Below are positions 59,880 to 64,000 of a stretch of 64,000 nucleotides of DNA, one piece after another. Every line of letters starts with the position of its first letter. The first letter of the stretch is position 1. The stretch is from Phyllosticta citribraziliensis (lineage: Eukaryota), in the NCBI RefSeq assembly GCF_038025025.1, contig NW_027117340.1, positions 1,922,001-1,986,000 of the forward strand, in the 5' to 3' direction. A model generated the notes under the pieces. It was not told the origin of the DNA, did not search any database, and saw nothing but the letters and a program-made list of their open reading frames with translations. The position numbers were made by a program, and so were the translations under genes.

Positions 59880-60645
59880 ATGGTTCTCAAGTCTTCTCTC
59901 GTCCTTTCAGCATTCCTTGGACTGGCTGCCGCAGCGGCTATCCCCCGATGTGACGAATTCGAGTCTGAACAGGGGACAATCAGCCGACGGTCGGATGTCG
60001 ATATACAGGCCGAAGTCGAAGTCGAACAAGACAACAAGGGAAAGATTGGCAAAGGAAAATGCGCCTCCGTAATGGTCGTCTTCGCTCGTGGGACGACTGA
60101 GATTGCTCCGCTCGGAACGATTGTGGGCCCTCCTCTCGAAACCGCATTAGAGGCCATGGTGGGCAAGAAGAAGGAGGTCATGGTCATGGGCGTGGACTAC
60201 CCTGCCGACGTTGCCGGATTCTTGGTGGGTGGTGACGCCAACGGGAGCGCCATGATGGCCGCGACGGTCAAGGAAATGGTGAAGAGCTGTCCAAATTCGA
60301 AGGTCGCAATGGTCGGCTACAGGTGAGATATTTCCTCCCTGTCCTGTTTTGCGTGGCCTCGGAATTCCAACTGACAATCTCTATAGTCAAGGAGGACAAC
60401 TCGTCCACAACGCAGCCGCACAGCTCGACACTGCCGTTGCCGCTCGGGTCTCTGCTGCCGTCATCTTTGGAGATCCAGACTTCCCCAAGCCTGTTCCAAA
60501 GATCGATCCGGAAAAACAAAAGGTCTTTTGCGCCAAGGGAGACGCCATTTGCAAGGGACAAGCCATCATCCTGCCTCCTCACCTGAGCTATGGTAGCGAC
60601 GCAGAGGCCGCGGCTCAGTTCATCATGGCCAGCTATGACGTCTAG
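59880..60645 (+). CDS. Secreted cutinase (CE5); 2 exons
   Basis: Signal peptide, VFARGTTE, GVDYPAD, GYSQGG split by the intron, IFGDP, CAKGDAIC and HLSYG; the catalytic triad is intact. Confidence 0.95.
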
Positions 60646-61150
60646 AGAGTACATCAATGTCGGGGCGTGGGCGTCACACCTTTTCTCTTCAGGGACTTTG
60701 CGATTCGTTGATAGATTTCTCTGCACCTAATTTTCCTGGCCCTTTTCATCAGCAAAGGCATAGCGTTTTAGCGTGGTAGTACAGGACGGCGTTGATGATA
60801 ATAGAAAGAGTCGACAATGGCCAGTATGCCTTTGTTCATGTGTGCCATGACAAACGATTCGCGGCGTGGAGGCGTCCGGAGACAACACCGGGATGACGTC
60901 TAGAGAGTACATCAATGTCGGGGCGTGGGCGTCACACCTTTTCTCTTCAGGGACTTTGCGATTCGTTGATAGATTTCTCTGCACCTAATTTTCCTGGCCC
61001 TTTTCATCAGCAAAGGCATAGCGTTTTAGCGTGGTAGTACAGGACGGCGTTGATGATAATAGAAAGAGTCGACAATGGCCAGTATGCCTTTGTTCATGTG
61101 TGCCATGACAAACGATTCGCGGCGTGGAGGCGTCCGGAGACAACACCGGG
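60635..61150. repeat. Perfect 258-bp direct tandem duplication
   Basis: 60635-60892 and 60893-61150 are identical by eye (ATGACGTCTAGAGAG...GACAACACCGGG). Confidence 0.95.
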
Positions 61151-62326
61151 TTTTAACCGTAGCGGAATGCAGGTGGCATTGCCAGCGGGCGACAGACAGG
61201 GAGCGTCCAACTATTCGAACATGGGACAACTGCGTCAAGTACGCCTTCCCGACGAAATATTGTAGACTCACACGCACAGTCCTCTCCTGCACTCGCATCC
61301 GTAGTGCCTTCAGGCCGCTTGAGAGCAGATAAGGAACCGCCATAACGGAGTCTCAAGAATCAAGGGGATTGTTGTGCATTCTCTACGCGATGGGCAAGCC
61401 TCAACTCATCGACTCCAGTGATCTCCGATTCCCAGTGTGGCAATTGCGAACGCAACGACTTTCCACAAGAGGCCTCGGAGAACTGGGCGAGCAGATGACC
61501 TCTTCAAGAGGGACGATAGATGACCGAGAGAATTGAGCGAAGAGGTACATCGGTGCGTGTTCTGGAGAGCCGTGAAAAACTGGACCAATAACCCACGCCA
61601 AAGCGCGACAGGACGATGTTACCCTGAGGCCGCTGTCCTCAAATCTGACCACATCGACGCCGAGTGATCCAGTGGAAGCGATTGACCTTCCGTCAGTGTC
61701 AGACCTAAGTTCAGGGCATCGGTTCCAAAATCTGCCGGATTAAAGGTTGACTTGCTGGCTTGAATCTCAGTTTCCACGAACAGCACCCACTGGTGCAAGA
61801 CGGCGTTGAAAACAGGCAATCAGTGTCGATGATATGGAGGTCGTTGATCATACGAGATCGCGCAAAATCCAAGATTCAGAAAGAGGTTTCTCAAGGAGCA
61901 TTCAAGCACGGGTTGGTTGTTCTGCGTAAGCTGAGAGGATCGTTTCTTCCCGTGCCCGGCCGCAGCGACGGACGGCATCCAGGCGGCATCCAGCGGTGAG
62001 CCTAATCATCGTCATGGCTTGGGATCGACACGAGATGAAAGACAAAAGGTTGTAGTGAGTTGAGATGACTGCGAGCCTTGGGTGGGTGAGTGACGGGGAG
62101 TATGGTCAATGAGCTGTGCCGGGTTTCTGCCGCTCCGCAGAGTCTTGGCCGCGAACCGGAGTCGACGATGCCGCCTGGCCTGATCCTGGGCACGGGCAGC
62201 CGCCCGCTCCTCAAGGTTCAAAACAACTCGAAGAACCTTTTGGCGTCCACTTGTTGGAGCCTCACTCGACATTCGCGACAGGATCTTGCTTCCAGCGTTC
62301 CCTCAAACCCCTTCGACATTGCCTCA

Positions 62327-63149
62327 ATGGCTTCCATACGTACCCTAAGCATCGTCGCGGTGCTCGCCGCAATTCTCTTTCCCGTGTACAACTGGCTGGA
62401 AGCAAACCTCGAGAGCTTCTACATCTTCGATCCCACGGACCTTCACAGCCTATCCCTGCGCGCCATTGAGACTCACAGCAACGATACCAAGGCCATCGTC
62501 AACTACATCACGTCTGAGCTGTCGGGGAGGGACTCTATCACGACCCATGTCAACATCGAGGAGGAGTGGGTTTTCAACAATGCTGGAGGGGCCATGGGAG
62601 CCATGTATATCATCCACGCCAGTGAGTCCGAGGGTCCCTTGCAGGAATGAGTGAAGGCGCCGTACCAATCATCTTCCAGGTATAACCGAGTATTTGATCA
62701 TCTTTGGTAAGCACAAGAAAGGTCGCAGCCTGGGGGTTTAGATTGTTGAACCAGATGCAGGCACCGCCATCGGCACCGAAGGTCACACTGGCCGTCACAC
62801 GGCTGATGACTACTTCAACATCCTCACGGGCGAGCAGCGCGCCTATGTGCCCGGAGCATACGAGCCCGAAGTACGTGCCCTCGTTTATGCATGTCACTGG
62901 CCATAGCTGATCGCCGAATAGGTCTACCCCGCCGGAAGTGTCCACCACCTGCACCGCGGTGATGTCAAGCAATACAAGATGGAGGCGTCCTGCTTTGCGC
63001 TCGAATATGCTAGGGGCTGGATTCCACCCATGCTTTTCTTCGGATACGCGGACACCTTTTCGAGCACGCTCGACTTTCCAACTCTTTGGGCTACAACTAG
63101 GATCACGGGTCGCGAGATGATTTCGAATCTGCTAAAGGGGAAGTTCTGA
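62327..63149 (+). CDS. ERG2: C-8 sterol isomerase; 4 exons
   Basis: [51 protein letters not shown], then [16 protein letters not shown], ending NLLKGKF. Confidence 0.96.
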
Positions 63150-63866
63150 GCGTGGTCGTGTCGTGTTTACCGTGCACTCTGAAGATATCCGAGGAACGGA
63201 ACAGGCCTCCCACGCCGCCAAGCGTCCAAGTCGAAGAGCACAATCACCGAAGGGCCGCAACCCCATGGCACCCGAGTCGGTCGCCAGCACCTTCGGCTTC
63301 GAGACATTTGTAAACGCCGAATGGCGGATCCACTGTAATGTGAACAATGCGATTGGGGAAAAACAAGTACAGCAACAAGCAGTGTCTTAGGCAAGTCTCG
63401 ATTTGATCACGAGTCTGCTGTGTAAATGGAATCCATGTTCAATATGAATGCGCAGTTGACGAAATGGTTGGTCGCGGCTAGCTCCGAATCTGCGGTTAAA
63501 GGCAAGCTACCCCGGAGATCCAGAGCGTTAGAGTCTCCTAGCGGCATGAGCGGCCCCTGTGGCTAACGGCTTTCTGCTCGAGCCGTCGCTAAAATATCAG
63601 TCTCCTTCCCAATCCAGGCAAAGTGCCCGTTGACCATAATGGCCTCTTCTCTGCTTGCACCGTCCCTCCAAGCAACCCGTGTACCCGTGGCCGTGCAGCT
63701 GTCGGCCATAGGGTAGCCGTGTGCCTTGCACGAGGAGCTGGCGGGTCTCCAACGCAAAGCTTATATAGACACTATGAATTGCATCTACGACTGCAACTCC
63801 ATGGGTGTCGCGCTCCCGCCGTTTTTCTTCCCCGGACCTGGACCTTGAGCCCACTGACCGCCGGTC

Positions 63867-64000
63867 ATGGCTTTCCTCAAGCTGTGCTCTTTGTCTTTCC
63901 TTTTGTCTACTGCCTTTGCTGCCGATACGTACGCTCCTGTTTCGGCAACATGCGCCTCGACGGCCCTGGTTCGCGATGCGTCGGGTCTCTCGACTGAAGA
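63867..64000 (+). CDS. 5' end of a secreted lysophospholipase / phospholipase B (truncated by the window)
   Basis: Signal peptide MAFLKLCSLSFLLSTAFA, then YAPVSATCASTALVRDASGLSTE, which resembles fungal PLB N-termini. A TATA-like TTATATA lies at ~63761. Confidence 0.7.
   Translation, partial: MAFLKLCSLSFLLSTAFAADTYAPVSATCASTALVRDASGLSTE

Overview
Gene-dense, intron-rich chromosome segment from a filamentous ascomycete (Pezizomycotina; probably a Dothideomycete, which is an inference). It holds about 26 protein genes and one tRNA-Arg(ACG). Housekeeping genes include MRD1, dynein light chain, VMA10, PET117, LIG4, an IRS4-like gene, ERG2, het-c, a TEA/ATTS factor and a Clr5-domain gene. Accessory genes include an enoyl-reductase-like MDR enzyme, a gluconolactonase, a GH18-like mucin, an MFS transporter/hydrolase/oxoprolinase trio, RTA1, a cutinase and the start of a phospholipase B. 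The most interesting signals are not in the ORF track: (1) a dispersed family of ~80-200 bp fold-back elements with related terminal inverted repeats and a GGAGCATTC core, two of which lie inside oxoprolinase introns; (2) a C/D-box snoRNA in an MRD1 intron, complementary to large-subunit rRNA; (3) a secreted GH18 pseudo-chitinase with reversed domain order; (4) an outward-facing pair of paralogous membrane-protein genes; (5) a perfect 258-bp tandem duplication; (6) two probable GC-AG introns. Exon boundaries and family assignments were made by eye and from recalled motifs. No database searches were run.
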